DNA from: Yuukianura sp. NJ FZ-2021
Taxonomy: Eukaryota
Assembly: GCA_046563655.1 (NCBI GenBank)
Contig: CM102284.1
Coordinates: forward strand, 248,001 to 312,000
Direction: 5' to 3'
Length of the DNA: 64,000 nucleotides
The notes under the pieces are model-generated. The model was not told where the DNA came from. It ran no database searches and was given only the letters and a program-made list of their open reading frames with translations. Shown one piece after another: positions 39,387-52,492 of this stretch. The first letter of the stretch is position 1. Every line of letters starts with the position of its first letter. Both the position numbers and the translations under genes were made by a program.

Positions 39387-42300
39387 ATGTCACCAGTGTT
39401 GGAGTACATCAAATCGTTAGCCGGCTTCACACGAAGCACCACTGCTACCACACTAACTTGTGAAGAAGACGAAGAGAAGCCAGATACTGCCGAACTGGCA
39501 GCTGATACTGGCAGCATCAACATTCAGGGGATTGACTTGACTGAGGAGACAGAATCAGATTCAAATACAAGCGAGGGTGAACATGGCGCAGAAATCGAAT
39601 TACCTCAAGACTCGGCGATCCCTTCATCTGTAAGTTTTCACTCAGATACTGGCATTTTTTGTGTCATTATTTTTAAAAACTTGAATTCGACATCATTACC
39701 AGTTTGTCTTCCAGGAGCAACGTTTAGAAAACGACGAGGATGAAGAGGAAGAGGGATCAAACGATATTATAAAGTACGAAGGGACTGGACAGATCACCAG
39801 TATGGTTCCCGGCTATCCTGACGGACTCGTCGACCACAAATATCGCTTCAACCAGCTGAAGTTCGCATTCATATCTTTATTTCTGCACGATCGCGTGTGG
39901 ATTAAGGCTGTCAAGGCTCGGGACAGCATGGACTGGCGAATCACCGACATGAAGTTGGCCAAGGATTCGAAAGCTCTTGAAATCGAGAAACTCCAAAAGT
40001 TTACTCTCACTTTTCGAAAGGTCAAGAGTGTCACTCCTGCTCATATCCATCTAGAACCACTTGAAAGTGTACAAGGAGTGTCAACTGAATGCATCCACAA
40101 CAGTATCGCTGAAGTTCAACTTATTCCAGGTACTACTTACTTTTGTATCTGACAAATTCTTTAGTCACTCCCCTCTAACTGGATTAACTGTTGATGTTTG
40201 TTTTTTAGGTGATTGGCTAGAAGTGAAAACAGAAGAAATGAAAACTACGTCTGAATCGGCTCCTTACAGTTTGGGCAAGATTGTTGCCAGTCTGTGTGAC
40301 CGACTGGAGGTGAAAGGAAAGATATCGGAAGTGCTGAGTGATGGTAATGTCACTTATGCTACCATCGATGGTTGCTACTACGTCCCTCCATGTGTGTGGG
40401 GCAGCCTCATTCTCAAGAAAGGATCTCCCGTACGCGCTGTCGTCTTTAAATCCGACCAGAAAAACTTCCAGTTCCGAGCTGGAAGTGTCAAAGAGGACGC
40501 AGCAGCGTAAGTACTTAATTATATATTTTCATAATTTCCAGGGTTCGGTGTTTCCACGTCTTTCCCACACTGGGAAAAACCGGGAAAAATTACGAAAACC
40601 AGTGAAATGAGTTTTTGTTTTTGTTTTGTGAAAATTTACTCTACGGTTCTTACCGGTTTTTACCACAATAATATTTCCCACCTGGTTTTTACCACTACCG
40701 AACCCTGATAATTTTTAAATAATTTCATCAAAATGAGTTCATAAAATTGCATAATTTCATCATTCTTTTTGTTTTGTAGGTTACAAAGTGTGGAAAAGAA
40801 GAGGGTGAATGCCCTTTGTACTGATAAAAGAGGGGTGGTCATCACTCCCGAACATTGTTTGGACTTTGGTGAGCTTAATATCGGATCCAAGAAGGATGCT
40901 GTCATCACAATCACCAGCAAATCCACTTTTACACAAATCCTCAGAAGAATCAAAATTCAGGAAGACCAAACTGCTGCCAAGTTCGTCGTCGACGTCAAAT
41001 CAGAGGCTGACGACATTGTCACTGTCTTTTCTCCTGGAGAATTGAATATCGTTAACGTCAAAGTTAGTAACAAAATTCAGAATCAGACGAAAAGTATTTT
41101 CAGAAAAAAAAAACACTTTTCGTCCGATTTGTCAGATATGTTAGAAACATGATTGCCTAGTTAAACGAACTGTATTTATTTCCCAATATTTCCCACTGTC
41201 CTGGGAAATAGTAAAATGTGGGAAATATCGAACCCTGGTTAATTTTTTTTTAATTCAAGTTTTCGTCTCAGCTATTTTTTGTTTATTTTCAGATCACATG
41301 TGAGCCGCTTCTGGTCGGACAAACTGCCGACTTTTGCATTTTCGACTTTGGAGATTTCCAGATCTACAGAGAACTTAAGGTCAAGGTCATCCCTAGAGAA
41401 ACCGACCTCATTCGGAACCTCACTTCAAACAGAGTGTCCAGCCGTGTCCATCGGAAACTCCAGTCAACTGGAAACCGTGAACTCGCCAGAAAACAGGAAC
41501 CATTTGCTTCTACGACCGGAAGACAATCAGTTTCAGCCGGAATCAAACAAATTCGAACCGCTTTTTTTAAAGCCCAAGTAGAGCGGATCCAGCCATACCA
41601 AATTCCGGACGGTGTTAGGGAGGCCGTGAAAACCAAAGATGCAAAACATTTGTTTGAGCAGTTTTCAACAATTGCCATAACAGAACAAGAAATTCGGTAC
41701 GCTCCGATCCGAAAAGTGACGCCCGATAACTACAAAGATCTTTTTCACGTTGCCCTCTGGATGGAAGAACTTTGTCACTTGACTAGAAGACAAAACGACA
41801 ATCTCGAGAACGTCACTTTTTCCAAATCCGGCGGTTCCTACTTTTTTGAATTTCCGAAACTCCAAGACGTTTTTCCAAAATTTCATCCGAATGATCCCAT
41901 CCGATTTGTGGACCCGAGTGACCCCGAAGGCAAAATTTTTCACGCAAACATCGCTCGGCTCGGAAATGCTCACATTTTTGTTGACCTCAAAGAAGATGTT
42001 TTCAAGGACTACGATGGACGACCACTTTCAGTCGAATTCCTGCTTGGCCGGACTTCTTATAAAAGATGTCACCATGCTGTGGACAAAATCGTGGAAAACT
42101 GGGGTCCTGGATGGCTGTTTCCAACGGAAGTGGCTTGTCTTGAACCAAGAATACTTTTTATCGAAGAATCGAGCGATGGTAGCCATGACAACGACGCTGA
42201 ACCAAGCACATTGTCGCTCATTTGCAAAAGGAGCGGACCGAAAAGAAAACAGCGATTTGGAAGACAACTTCCCCGCGGTGGCAAAAGAGCTCCCAGTATC

Positions 42301-43869
42301 TACCCAGTTGAAAATGCTGGAATACTGGAAGGAAATGCTGGAATACTGGAAGGCGATCCAGAATCTCCGGCAGTACTGGACATGCAGTTGAAATGGGCCA
42401 ATAAGGCCTTGAATGATGAGCAAAAATCAGCAGTTCGGATGATCCTAAGAGGACAAGCCCGCCCATCTCCGTATATAATTTTCGGACCGCCGGGAACCGG
42501 TAAAACTGTGACTGTTGTGGAAGCGGTGATTCAAATTTTCAAACTGGACCGCCATTCGAGAATTCTTGTTTGTGGACCGTCAAATGCTTCAGCCAATCAG
42601 ATTTCTTCGTATTTGATTGAAATTGGGCGGTTCGAACCGGGAGAATTCATCAGATTTTTGGGTTTTAACTACAGCGATGCTGTGATTCCGGAGTTACTCA
42701 AAAACTACTGTTTCGATGGGAACCAGATCCAGAGTGTGTACAATTCCCGGATTATCGTCACTACTTGCAACTCGGCTGCTCAGTTTGTGGAAGCTTTTGG
42801 TCTCGTACAAGATCGGTTTACGCATGTCTTCGTAGATGAAGCTGGATACTGCCATGAGCCAGACACTTTGATTCCGATCATTCTGACGTCCAAAAATAAT
42901 GAGCCACCGCAGATCATTTTAGCGGGAGATCCGAATCAGCTTGGTCCGGTTATTTTTGACGACTACTCGGCTTTTTACGGACTTAAAAAGTCGTTTCTGG
43001 AGAGACTGATGGAGAATCCACTGTACATGCGTGATGAGGACTTCAAGTACCCCTCACTTCTCATCACGAAACTGATCAAAAACTACAGGGCACACAGGGA
43101 CTTGCTGTGTCTTCCGTCGAGACTTTTCTATGACAATGAATTGATTCCAGCATCGCTGGAAAATCTTGGAGAATTGGCAGAGAGGCTCACTTTTCTGCCG
43201 AAACGGGGGATTCCGCTGATTTTTCATGGAGTGAGAGGAGAGCAGTCGAGAGACAAGGACTCACCGAGTTGGTACAATCCCACGGAGGTTGTACAAGTAA
43301 TCCACTATGTTAAACTTCTGCTTGAGAATAACTGTATCCCAGATGACATCGGAATCATCAGTCCATACAGAAAACAGGTTCCTACTTTTGCATTACTCTT
43401 TTTTACATTTTTAACTTTAATTATTTATTTTTGCTTTACTTCCGTTTTTTTAAAGGTGGAGAAGATCAAGGAAGCTCTTGGGCGGGAAGTGAAGTGTCGT
43501 CCGATTCGGGTGGGTTCGGTGGAGGAATTCCAAGGCGGGGAGAAGAAGATCATCATTTTGTCTCTCGTTCGGTCCATGGAACTGGAAGATGAGAAGGAGA
43601 TTCTGATGCGACTGAGCTTCGCTTTTTCTCCGAAACGATTTAACGTTTGTGTGACGAGGGCTAAATGTCTCCTCATTGGAATTGGCAATCCACATGTCTT
43701 TGTGCAGGAATATGTTTGGCGGGAGTTTTTAAAATATGCAATCATCAAAGGAGTTTACGTGGGGTGTGATCTGCCACTCATTCTGCAGACGCTGGCCACG
43801 AAGTGTGCTCAAGGTCTAGCTCCTGGACAAAGTTTGGACTACGAAAGTGACAATCTGGACAGCGATTAG
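39387..43869 (+). CDS. armi: Armitage/MOV10L1-type UPF1-like SF1 RNA helicase (piRNA biogenesis)
   Basis: Exons approx 39387-39629, 39715-40129, 40209-40506, 40780-41062, 41293-43377, 43456-43869. Acidic N-terminus, OB/S1-like repeats, Ig-like segment (LDFGELNIG), then GPPGTGKT, DEAG, LAGDPNQLGP, NYRAH, SVEEFQGGE, RFNVCVTRAK. The OB-like N-terminus favours Armi/MOV10L1 over MOV10. Confidence 0.88.
40539..40707. mobile_element. hAT-like MITE in an armi intron
   Basis: 11-bp TIR CAGGGTTCGGT/ACCGAACCCTG; flanks ATAATTTC/ATAATTTT (7 of 8 match); related partial copy at about 41175-41238. Confidence 0.8.
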
Positions 43870-44954
43870 ATCGAAACTGCCACTTTTTGGAGTTGACTGC
43901 TCTACTTTTTATGGTTTTCTAAAAATATTTATAAATAATAGATCTTATATATTTACAGATAATCATTTAACTACAAAGATCTTGAAAAAGTATTTAAAGT
44001 TTGCTCTTCATCCTTTTGTTTTTTTAAATTTAAAATTTTAAAACTGTGAAGATCTGCTTTATCCTTAATGTGAGTTTTTGACTGTTTAAATAAAAGTTCC
44101 CAACTTTTCAATTTTGTTTTCTTTGGAGGGAATGATTTTTAGGAAATGTGTAACAGTAAACGACATTTTCTTAGTCGACGAAGAAAACTCCGCGGAGAAT
44201 TCTCAGGGCAGGAAAAAAAAATCCTTATACCTTGGCAGCTTAGCATCTCGAAGTCGGGGAAATTTCTTTCCAGTAGATGGCGCCATCATGTGAAGGTTAG
44301 TTCTGTTTTAAAAATTAAAAATGCAAAGCCACTTTCTCCAAAGTCTTTACTTAAGTGTTTTACATTTCTGAAAAATTTTAAACGCAAACATTTTTTTCAA
44401 AAACTTCAAAAAAGTGTTTGTTTGAATTTTTTCAGAAACTCTCATGCTGAAATGCTAAAACTCCATCCGTGCACCTCTCTCGAAGAAGGTAAGCATTTCC
44501 ATTTCAGTTTTTAGTTGAAGTTTGCTATTTTGAGACGTTGATTGAGGATTTCGGTGGACTGCTGCCCCTATTTGAGGTTCTCTGCTACCCGCTTTTTGTG
44601 CTACCCGCTTCTTTTGCTTGTAATGTCGGCAGGAGAAGTCTATTTTTGCAGGAGGGAGGGAGGGGGCGGATAACCCTCATCGATCCACTTCTCCCTCGTC
44701 GCTTGCAGAATGCCCGGGTAGCCGACGAGATCCGGGTAGTTTCTGGGCTTGGAACAGGGTAGAGGGGTGGGGTTCGCATTCATGCGTGGAGTCCAACGGG
44801 GTGGCAGCTCCATATCGACCCAACAACCTCCACCGAAACCAGCCCTGCAAACTACACTTTCTTACCATCTTCTTCCTACGAGGTCACTTTCTTCTCAAAC
44901 CAACTCATCCGGTAGTTCCATCGTCGATACTGCTTACAAAATACAAAAAAATGA

Positions 44955-45200
44955 CATATTTCCCGGTATGGCATATTCTGGAACGGGAAATATTCCCGTA
45001 ATGCGATATTCACATGAGGACATATTCCTGTCCTGAAGTTATTCCTTTGATTGAATATTTCCTCATGGAATATTTCGCATGATGGAATATTCTCGTCCAA
45101 TATGACCAAAATGGGATATTCCCCATGGAATATCCCTATGGTGGAATATTTCCCATGGAATATCCCTAAGATCGAATATTTCCCATGATGGCATATTTTG
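44955..45200. repeat. Degenerate palindromic repeat tract of GGAATATTYCCCATG-type units
   Basis: More than 10 imperfect ATATTCC/GGAATAT units; probably the interior of an old non-autonomous element. Confidence 0.6.
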
Positions 45201-47488
45201 ACCTCAATCCACTAACTGTTCACCATTTTCATTAGGAAAGAGGACCAAACGTTGACCCCCGAGGTGAGTGACCCCGAGAGGTGAAGGGGTTTGAACAGTA
45301 TTGAGTCCCCCGCCCCCTTATCCCTCTTTAGCAGTTTGGATGAGGGGGTTTGGTAGATTTTGCGACTGCTTGGACTCACCTACCCTGGAACTGTTTCCTC
45401 CCTCTCGGTGGTGGAGTTTAGTAAGGAGTTTAGAAGTTTAGTTGTGTGTTCTAGGAGTTATAGAGCAGTCTAAATAAATGTTGAATTCAAGCACATTCTT
45501 TACCCCTTCCACCACTTCTAGCACATACAGCCAGGCACAAGTCCACCAGTTTCCTCCCTGCCACCAGTCTGCTCCATGCACTTCTTTCTCCCTCTTCTAC
45601 AGCAGCTGTCATCCCGTGACCTCTGACCTTTCAACAATTTCAAACAATCTCCCCCTACTTCTCCAGGATCAGGCATCTTTTGGTCCAATCCAACCCTGTC
45701 TCTACTTTCTCTCGGTCCAACTCTCCGTCAACAGGTAATTCAATCACTTTTAGCAAATTAACTAATTCAAAGGTCAAAGGTCAAGGCCTAATTCCTTTAC
45801 CTCAAGTGTCACCGTCTTTCGGATGGGAAGGAAAGTAGTTGCAGTAGTTTAGTAGTTTAGTTAGTTGATGTGACGTAATTAATGAGGGGAGGAACGATTG
45901 GGCAACGATTTCCACCCTGCCCCACTAACCACTGCGTCTACTGGCAAGTTCCAGCATGGAGTGGTTCATGGGGTAACTGGAGAGGGAGACCTTAATTGCC
46001 AAGTCTATTAACTTACAACACTCCCCTTACGTTGCACTAACAGTGAGTTAACTTTAACAGTGAGTTAAAGTTAAGTGACATTAGTGTTTGGTTTAGTTCC
46101 AGGGACATAGTGATACATTTAGAGGGGGGATGTGTGCCACTTTGTGATATTTAGCCAAGGTGTGTTTATTGGGAACCCCAAGGTCACTCCTCTTCCTCTT
46201 ATTCAGTCGTGAATCAGGGTGAGAACTCATTTGTTTCTATAATTAACCACTTAAGGATTGGAATTTTAACAAACTGAACATGTCGCAGTTTGTTAAATCT
46301 GCCACTTTTCAATTCCGCTTCCCGATTAGCCGGGGAGCGCAGTTGAAAAGTCGCAGATCGGCATTTTTGTTAAACTTTTCTGCCAGATGGGTTTAATTGC
46401 AGTTTAAATTAGATGATTTTTGTGTGGATTGAATAGTTAATTGGGACGTTAATTGTTAATTGAGTCACTCCTGGTTTGAGGTGGAATTTTTAAACAGAAG
46501 TCGGCGCAAACGCAGCGACGCATTTAAGAGTGGAAACCAGATGGGATCTTTTTCTGGTTGAAAAAAGAAGCACCCCATCGACCCTGAAGGTTTTAAAGTG
46601 TAACATTTGTTGGGAAAAACATTTTTGCAAATGGAGCCGGGTTAAGATTAGTCCAGAAGCGAACTTAAAAAGTTCTGAGAAGCGTGAAACGGCAAATGTT
46701 GAGCTAAAAATTCACTTTGGACTATTTTTTGGCTCCAAAACCGCAAAAAGATTTGGGTTGCAGTAAACAAACGCTTGAAGGATTGTAACCACGGCATGTC
46801 CTATAAAGTTTTCAATTTAAATTTTGCAAAAACGATAAATATGTTTTGTTTTTTTGTTTTTGTTTTTGGATATTTTAAAATGACGAAATTTTTCCAGGTC
46901 ACATTTTCCAAAAAGTGTTACCTGGGCTGGGGCCGAGTTCGCAAAACGGGGTTAACTTTGGGTTAAAACTAATTGACGCTTAACTTTACTTCAACCGATC
47001 TGTTTCCGGGGGTTTTTTGTTGCGAGGGTTTGGAATTGGAACTGTTCCATTTGAAGGTGGTGTTTGCTGGCGTTTGTTTGTAGTTCATATCATGCATGCC
47101 TCTAAGAATGAAAGGAAGCCATGAGCTTCTCAGCCCTGCAAAAACTTTTCAGCGAAAAACAAGTTTACTTTTTACAACGACCACCGTTATCTTACGTCTT
47201 CTCCACAAGGAAAAGATGTTAGGCAGGTTTCCACAGGGTAAATCCTTCATTTCTGTTTGCGTGACGCCAACTTTTCCTTTGGCAAGGCAAGAAATTCTAT
47301 TCCGCACTCCCCCTCTTCTCCATAAAAACTCATTTTCACTTTTCAATTCTTTCAATTAATTCCGCGCTTTTTCAGTCCCTCACCCTCTGTCCACTTTCTG
47401 CCACCATTAGCGTCCAACAAGTTTTATCCAAATGGTCGCTAGACGGAGACGCACAAAATCGACGCTGTAATAACAATACTTTTTAATA

Positions 47489-47722
47489 CAGTAGAGTTTC
47501 CCACTTATGCCATTTGCCAAATACAAAACAAAATACAATTGAGAACTACAAAACTCGTATCCGTACATTGGCGGTGAAGTGGCAAAATGAAACGCCAAAT
47601 GGCAAATAGAGGAATTGCCAATGACAATTTGACCGCAGACTCATGTAATTGTCTAACCCCAGTGTAGTTCAATTGTATTTTGTTTTGTATTTGGCAAATG
47701 GCATAAGTGGGAAACTCTACTG
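47489..47722. mobile_element. 234-bp Tc1/mariner(pogo)-type MITE
   Basis: 54-bp perfect TIRs (47489-47542 and 47669-47722) starting CAGTAGAG, TA on both flanks. Confidence 0.9.
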
Positions 47723-48589
47723 TAGTACCAACTTTTGCTTATCGGGAGGCTACCCAATCGTCTGAATCGGGATGAAACGGCGCCAAGTTCAATTTTTACA
47801 AGAAAGTAACGCGAAATAGCTACCTGGTGAGGTGCAATTTTGCTCATCGGGAACTCTGTTTTTTGCACCCGTTTTGATAGGTACCGTCCCAGATAGTCTG
47901 TTTATCATGCATTTAAACTAATTTCCCTATTTTGTTAAAATTTCACAAAAAAATGCTTGAAAATTATAAGTAAAGGGTTAATTTTTGGTTGAATTGAGAG
48001 TATTGGGCATGTTAGTAATCAGTGTGTCAATAGTAGACTCTTGGGTGTTTCTTTTGTTCTGGTAAAGATTAGATTAGTTGCGTAGTGGTGGTGGTGGTTA
48101 AATGGAGTTGGTAGTAATTAGGACGTGGCTGGTGGTAAAAGTTTGAGCTGGGAATTATGCTCCCTCAATTGTACTTTTGCATGATAAAGTATTGGATCAC
48201 CAAAGGTTAGAATGGCAGTGATCGGAGTATTTTCCAGAGAAGTCTTCCCCTTTGTGGTTGGCAGTTGCGGGGGAGGATTTAACCTCTTAACTTTAATGTT
48301 AAATGCATGGAGGGGTTTAAGGGGTGAGATGAGGGAGTTTTTTGAAACCATTTCATTTCTATATTAAAACCACCACCGTGGTGCCATGGCCAGGCTGGAA
48401 AAAGCCACGATTAACAATTATTGGCCTTTTATTTGCGCTTTGGTTCTGTCAGTCAAGAGCTTTGCTCAAATCTCTTACGCCTTGTGTAAAATTTTGTTCC
48501 AGAAGGTTGATCTAAACCAACCCTGACATTGAGGTATGCAAGTTATATTAGATTTTAATTTTATTAAGCGATTTTTTCAAATTCAGGGA

Positions 48590-48690
48590 GCGAATTGCGA
48601 ATTTTGTAATGCGGATTACGAATTTTGTCGTGCAAATTTTGAATTTTGTAGTGCGAATTACGAATTTTGTAGTGCGATTTACGAATTTTG
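48590..48690. repeat. 21-bp minisatellite GCGAATTACGAATTTTGTAGT, about 5 copies
   Basis: Directly visible imperfect tandem copies. Confidence 0.75.
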
Positions 48691-48991
48691 TTGGGATACT
48701 CAGTATTACTGGATTTTTTTAAAGTTTGTACGGTTGTTTCTTCTACGTTGAGTGTTCCAGGGGTAGAATCCAAAAATCGACAGACGTACACACTTTAGTA
48801 GGATTTTTTAGTTAAAGTTTTTTTTTGTTGATGTCTGTTGGTTTTTGGTTCATTCATGAAAAAATGAGTGGACTCGAAATATTTTGAAGTTGCTTCGTTT
48901 TTTGTTAAACTTTTTGAGTTGAATTCCGTTCTTAAGCTGATACTCATTCTTTGATTTCAGATTGTAACCTTGGACTACCGTAGAAGATAAG

Positions 48992-50887
48992 ATGTCAACC
49001 GGAAACAGTGGTGGTGGATCCACACCGCAGTCGTCTCAGATGACCATGCCACAGAGCCAACACTTTCTTCTCAAGTGGAACAATCATCGCTCAAACTTGG
49101 TCACAGTTTTTGAAAATCTACTGCAAGGTGAAAATCTGGTTGACGTGACGCTGGCCGTCGAAGGGAAGTTCCTCAAAGCACACAAAATCGTTCTGTCGGC
49201 ATGCAGTCCCTACTTCCAGTCAATGTTCGTTCATCAGACTCCGAACGAGAAACATCCAATCCTCATTTTCCATGACTTGAAGGTAAAACAGGGTCACACT
49301 GTCAGTGTTCACTTTTTCCCGGGTTTTTTCCCGGACAGTGGGAAAAAGTCGGTAAAAACCGGTGTTTTATAGCAAAATACGATCCCGGTACCCACCCGTC
49401 CAAGATTGATACTTCCCCCCGGATCTATTTTAGCGGTTTTTAGCACAATATTTCCCACCTAATATTTACCATCACCGAACACTAGACGTATTTCTGTTTA
49501 TACTCAACATATTTCTGTTTATACTAAACATTTTTCTAGAATGAGTCACTGCTGACCTACTTTTGTTCCATTTTTAGTTCAATCACCTCAAAACCCTGCT
49601 GGAATTCATGTACCGTGGGGAGATCTCTATCGATGAGAAAGATTTGAGCGAAATTTTGAAAGTTGCTGAGGCTCTGTCAATTCGCGGGCTGTCCAGTTTC
49701 GAAAGTGACGACGAAGATGGGAATTCTGAACAACAGCAACAGCAGCAACAGGAAAAGAACAGTGGAGACAGTTCAAGTACAGGAAGTGTGAATAATGGTG
49801 TTGCCACCTCAGCTGTTACCACCAACGGACAGTCACCACCGCAACAGCAGCCACCAGTGAAGCAACAGCCTCCAATCAGCCAGCCAAACGACAATCAACA
49901 AACCTTCTATCGTCACCAAAACGTCTGTGATGAACGTGGTCCGAGCAACGGGACGATGGAAGTGGACGAACTACCGGTTCATGAAACCGGTTCGCGAACC
50001 ACAAAACCGGTCAGCACGCGAGGTCACACTAAAAAGATGAAAGCCAGTCACAAAGTTGCTTTCGACGCCAAAACGGGCCTACCAATCAAAAAGAAGCGCG
50101 GGAGGCAACCCAAGAACCAATCCATAGGCTCATCTGCCGTGGAACTCCGACCACCAATTCTGAGTGAGTTGAAAAAGTTTTTCGAAACACGAAATTTTGA
50201 AAAGTTTTTCAAAATTTCAAGGTTTGTGATGTTTCTGTTTCATTTCAGAACCACAAGACAGTTACGTAACGGATGTGAAACCTGTTCTGACCGGAAAAAC
50301 GAGCGGAGTAAGACGAAGACTTCCGAAAAAGTACGGACTGAAACGAGAAAAGTCGAGTCCCGCGAGGTCACAGGACTCAGAGTACCGTAATTTCCCGTTG
50401 GGGGACGACGAATCACCTGATTCGCCGATGGAGCTACTCAACGAACCTTTGTCCGAAGGAAGGTAAGTAACTCAAAACGTTTTTGAATCGATCGAAGCTT
50501 TTTTGAAATTTTTGGAAACGTTTTTCTGTTTTTGATCATAGGTTGACGGAAATGAGTGTACGTGGACTGGACCTGTTTCGGTACGCCTCAGTGGAGGACG
50601 GAGTGTATCGCTGCATGGAGTGTGAGAAACTTCATATCAAGAAATCGTTCAAGAACAAGTACTCGTTCCAGCGTCACGCTTTTCTGTACCACGAGGGGAA
50701 CATGCGCAAAGTGTTTCCATGCAGTGTGTGTTCACGAGAGTTCTCTCGTCCAGACAAAATGAAAAATCATCTACGCAGTATCCACCAAACTGGAAACGGA
50801 AAAGCATCCAGTCCAGTCAGCGAGGGAAGTGAAAACTCGACTCCGATTGGAATCGCCTCCAAGATGACAGATAATTGTGATTACTAA
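48992..50887 (+). CDS. ttk: Tramtrack-like BTB/POZ-C2H2 transcription factor with Ttk88-type zinc fingers
   Basis: Exons 48992-49282, 49578-50163, 50249-50462, 50542-50887. ttk-type BTB (FLLKWNNH...DVTLAVEG..LKAHKIVLSACSPYF...EFMYRGE), AT-hook-like KKRGRQPK, finger region LTEMSVRGLDLFRYAS...KNKYSFQRHAFLYHEG..RKVFPC..C.REFSRPDKMKNH, recognised from memory as Drosophila Ttk88. Confidence 0.88.
49303..49484. mobile_element. Degenerate hAT-like MITE related to the 40539-40707 element, in a ttk intron
   Basis: Ends CAGTGTTC / GAACACTA; shares 3' segment CACAATA..TTTCCCACCT..TTTACCA..ACCGAAC with 40661-40707. Confidence 0.6.
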
Positions 50888-52492
50888 TTAACTAACTGAT
50901 GTGGCTAACAATCCGGTGTGAAGGGTACACGAACTTGTAGAACAATCGTCAAGGGCCCCCCTTCAGGACGGTTCAAACCCAGTTCAAACTTGGCGCCGAT
51001 TCAATGGCGCTAAAATTTTAGTCAGTTCAAGTCACGTGAGGAAACGGATTGGTCCTCTCATCTCATCATCATCATCATCGTACAATCAAGATTTAACTAT
51101 AATTTGTTTTATATTAATTACTGTTAATTATATTAATTAATTACTAATTGTTCACCTTTGTGTGGTGCTCCTAGGGTGGTAACCGATCATGCTAATCGCA
51201 GTTAGTCAATTAATCAATTCAATTAACCGATTGATGTTCACTTGGATGTTGCATTTTATGTAATTTATGTAATAATTATCTAATATTTAAACATCGTAAT
51301 GTTACCCGCCACTTTTTACCACGTTGATCCTCAATTTAAGTCAAGTTTTTAGTCAAGTTGTGCACGAAGTCGGTGGCTATTGATTAGCTTCGTCTAAAAA
51401 TCAAGTCAATGTTGTTAAGTTTAGCGTGCGGTGGTATACTTGTTACCAATTGTTAGCTTTACTTAGGTTAACATAACCTTATTTTAGTTATACTGTTCCT
51501 AATGTACTTTGGACAGTTTAAACAGCACGGTAATTACCTTCCTCAAATCTAAAAATGCAAGGAATTTGTAAACTAAAGGAATCGAGAACACTAACTGCTA
51601 AACTAATCTAACGATTAACTCACTTTCTGCATGTCAATCACCCATCAATCAAGGATTTAAGGTTCTACTGAACTAAAAGTAGGGCTCGTGCCATGTTAAC
51701 GTAAGTGATTAATTAAAATTAGCTAGTTGACTAAACCTTGTTCAATTAAAACAACACTAGTCACCCAGTTAAAAGTACATCAACTGCCTTGTTCGTTGTT
51801 CAGTTGCCCCTTAGTTGAGAAAATAAAAAGTTACATCATGTACGTTACATGATGTGACAATTGTGTAACTATTACAATTACAAGGATCGTGAGAACGTCG
51901 TAGAAGAATAAATATTTAATGGTTCTTCTTCACCGAGAGAAACGCTAAGGCATTTCAACATTGCAATTTGCAAATAACACTGGTTACATAACTTACATTA
52001 CACCAGTTGCATTAATTTAACGTGAGTTACATTCTTTTTACATGTGTATTTGTGTGTGAAAGACGCGTGTGTGTGGTGCCACCTATGTATATTTGTGAGT
52101 TACTGAGGGTGGAATGTGGCTCCCTAGTTTCAAACGTGCGTTTCATTCATTCCGTCCGTCCTTTTCTATGCATCCTGAATTTTTTTACATTGATATTCAG
52201 AGAACAGAAGAGGAGAGGTCGTTCGTAGTTTCGTCTTTCGTTCGTGATCGTCGTACGTCGTGTCATCGTTATAAACACTTGGTAATTTCAGATCGTTGTA
52301 CAAACGTTTAACATGTTTCTGTGTATTGTTTCCTGTTTGTGTTTCCGAATCTGCAGTTGGCTCTTCAACTTCGTCTTTTGGTTGTTCTGAATAGAGTACA
52401 CATTTGAGTCGGGTTATTTCAGCTCTTCCTTGGACCGATTTTTGGTAGGTTGTCTCTGTCCTTATCCATTGTTCATCCAGCTAAAAACAATC

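Noticed and set aside
41434-43869. 811-aa ORF as a stand-alone or prokaryotic defence-type helicase
   Set aside because: It starts at GTG inside an exon, continues upstream via spliced exons and reads through an intron; the motifs are MOV10-family
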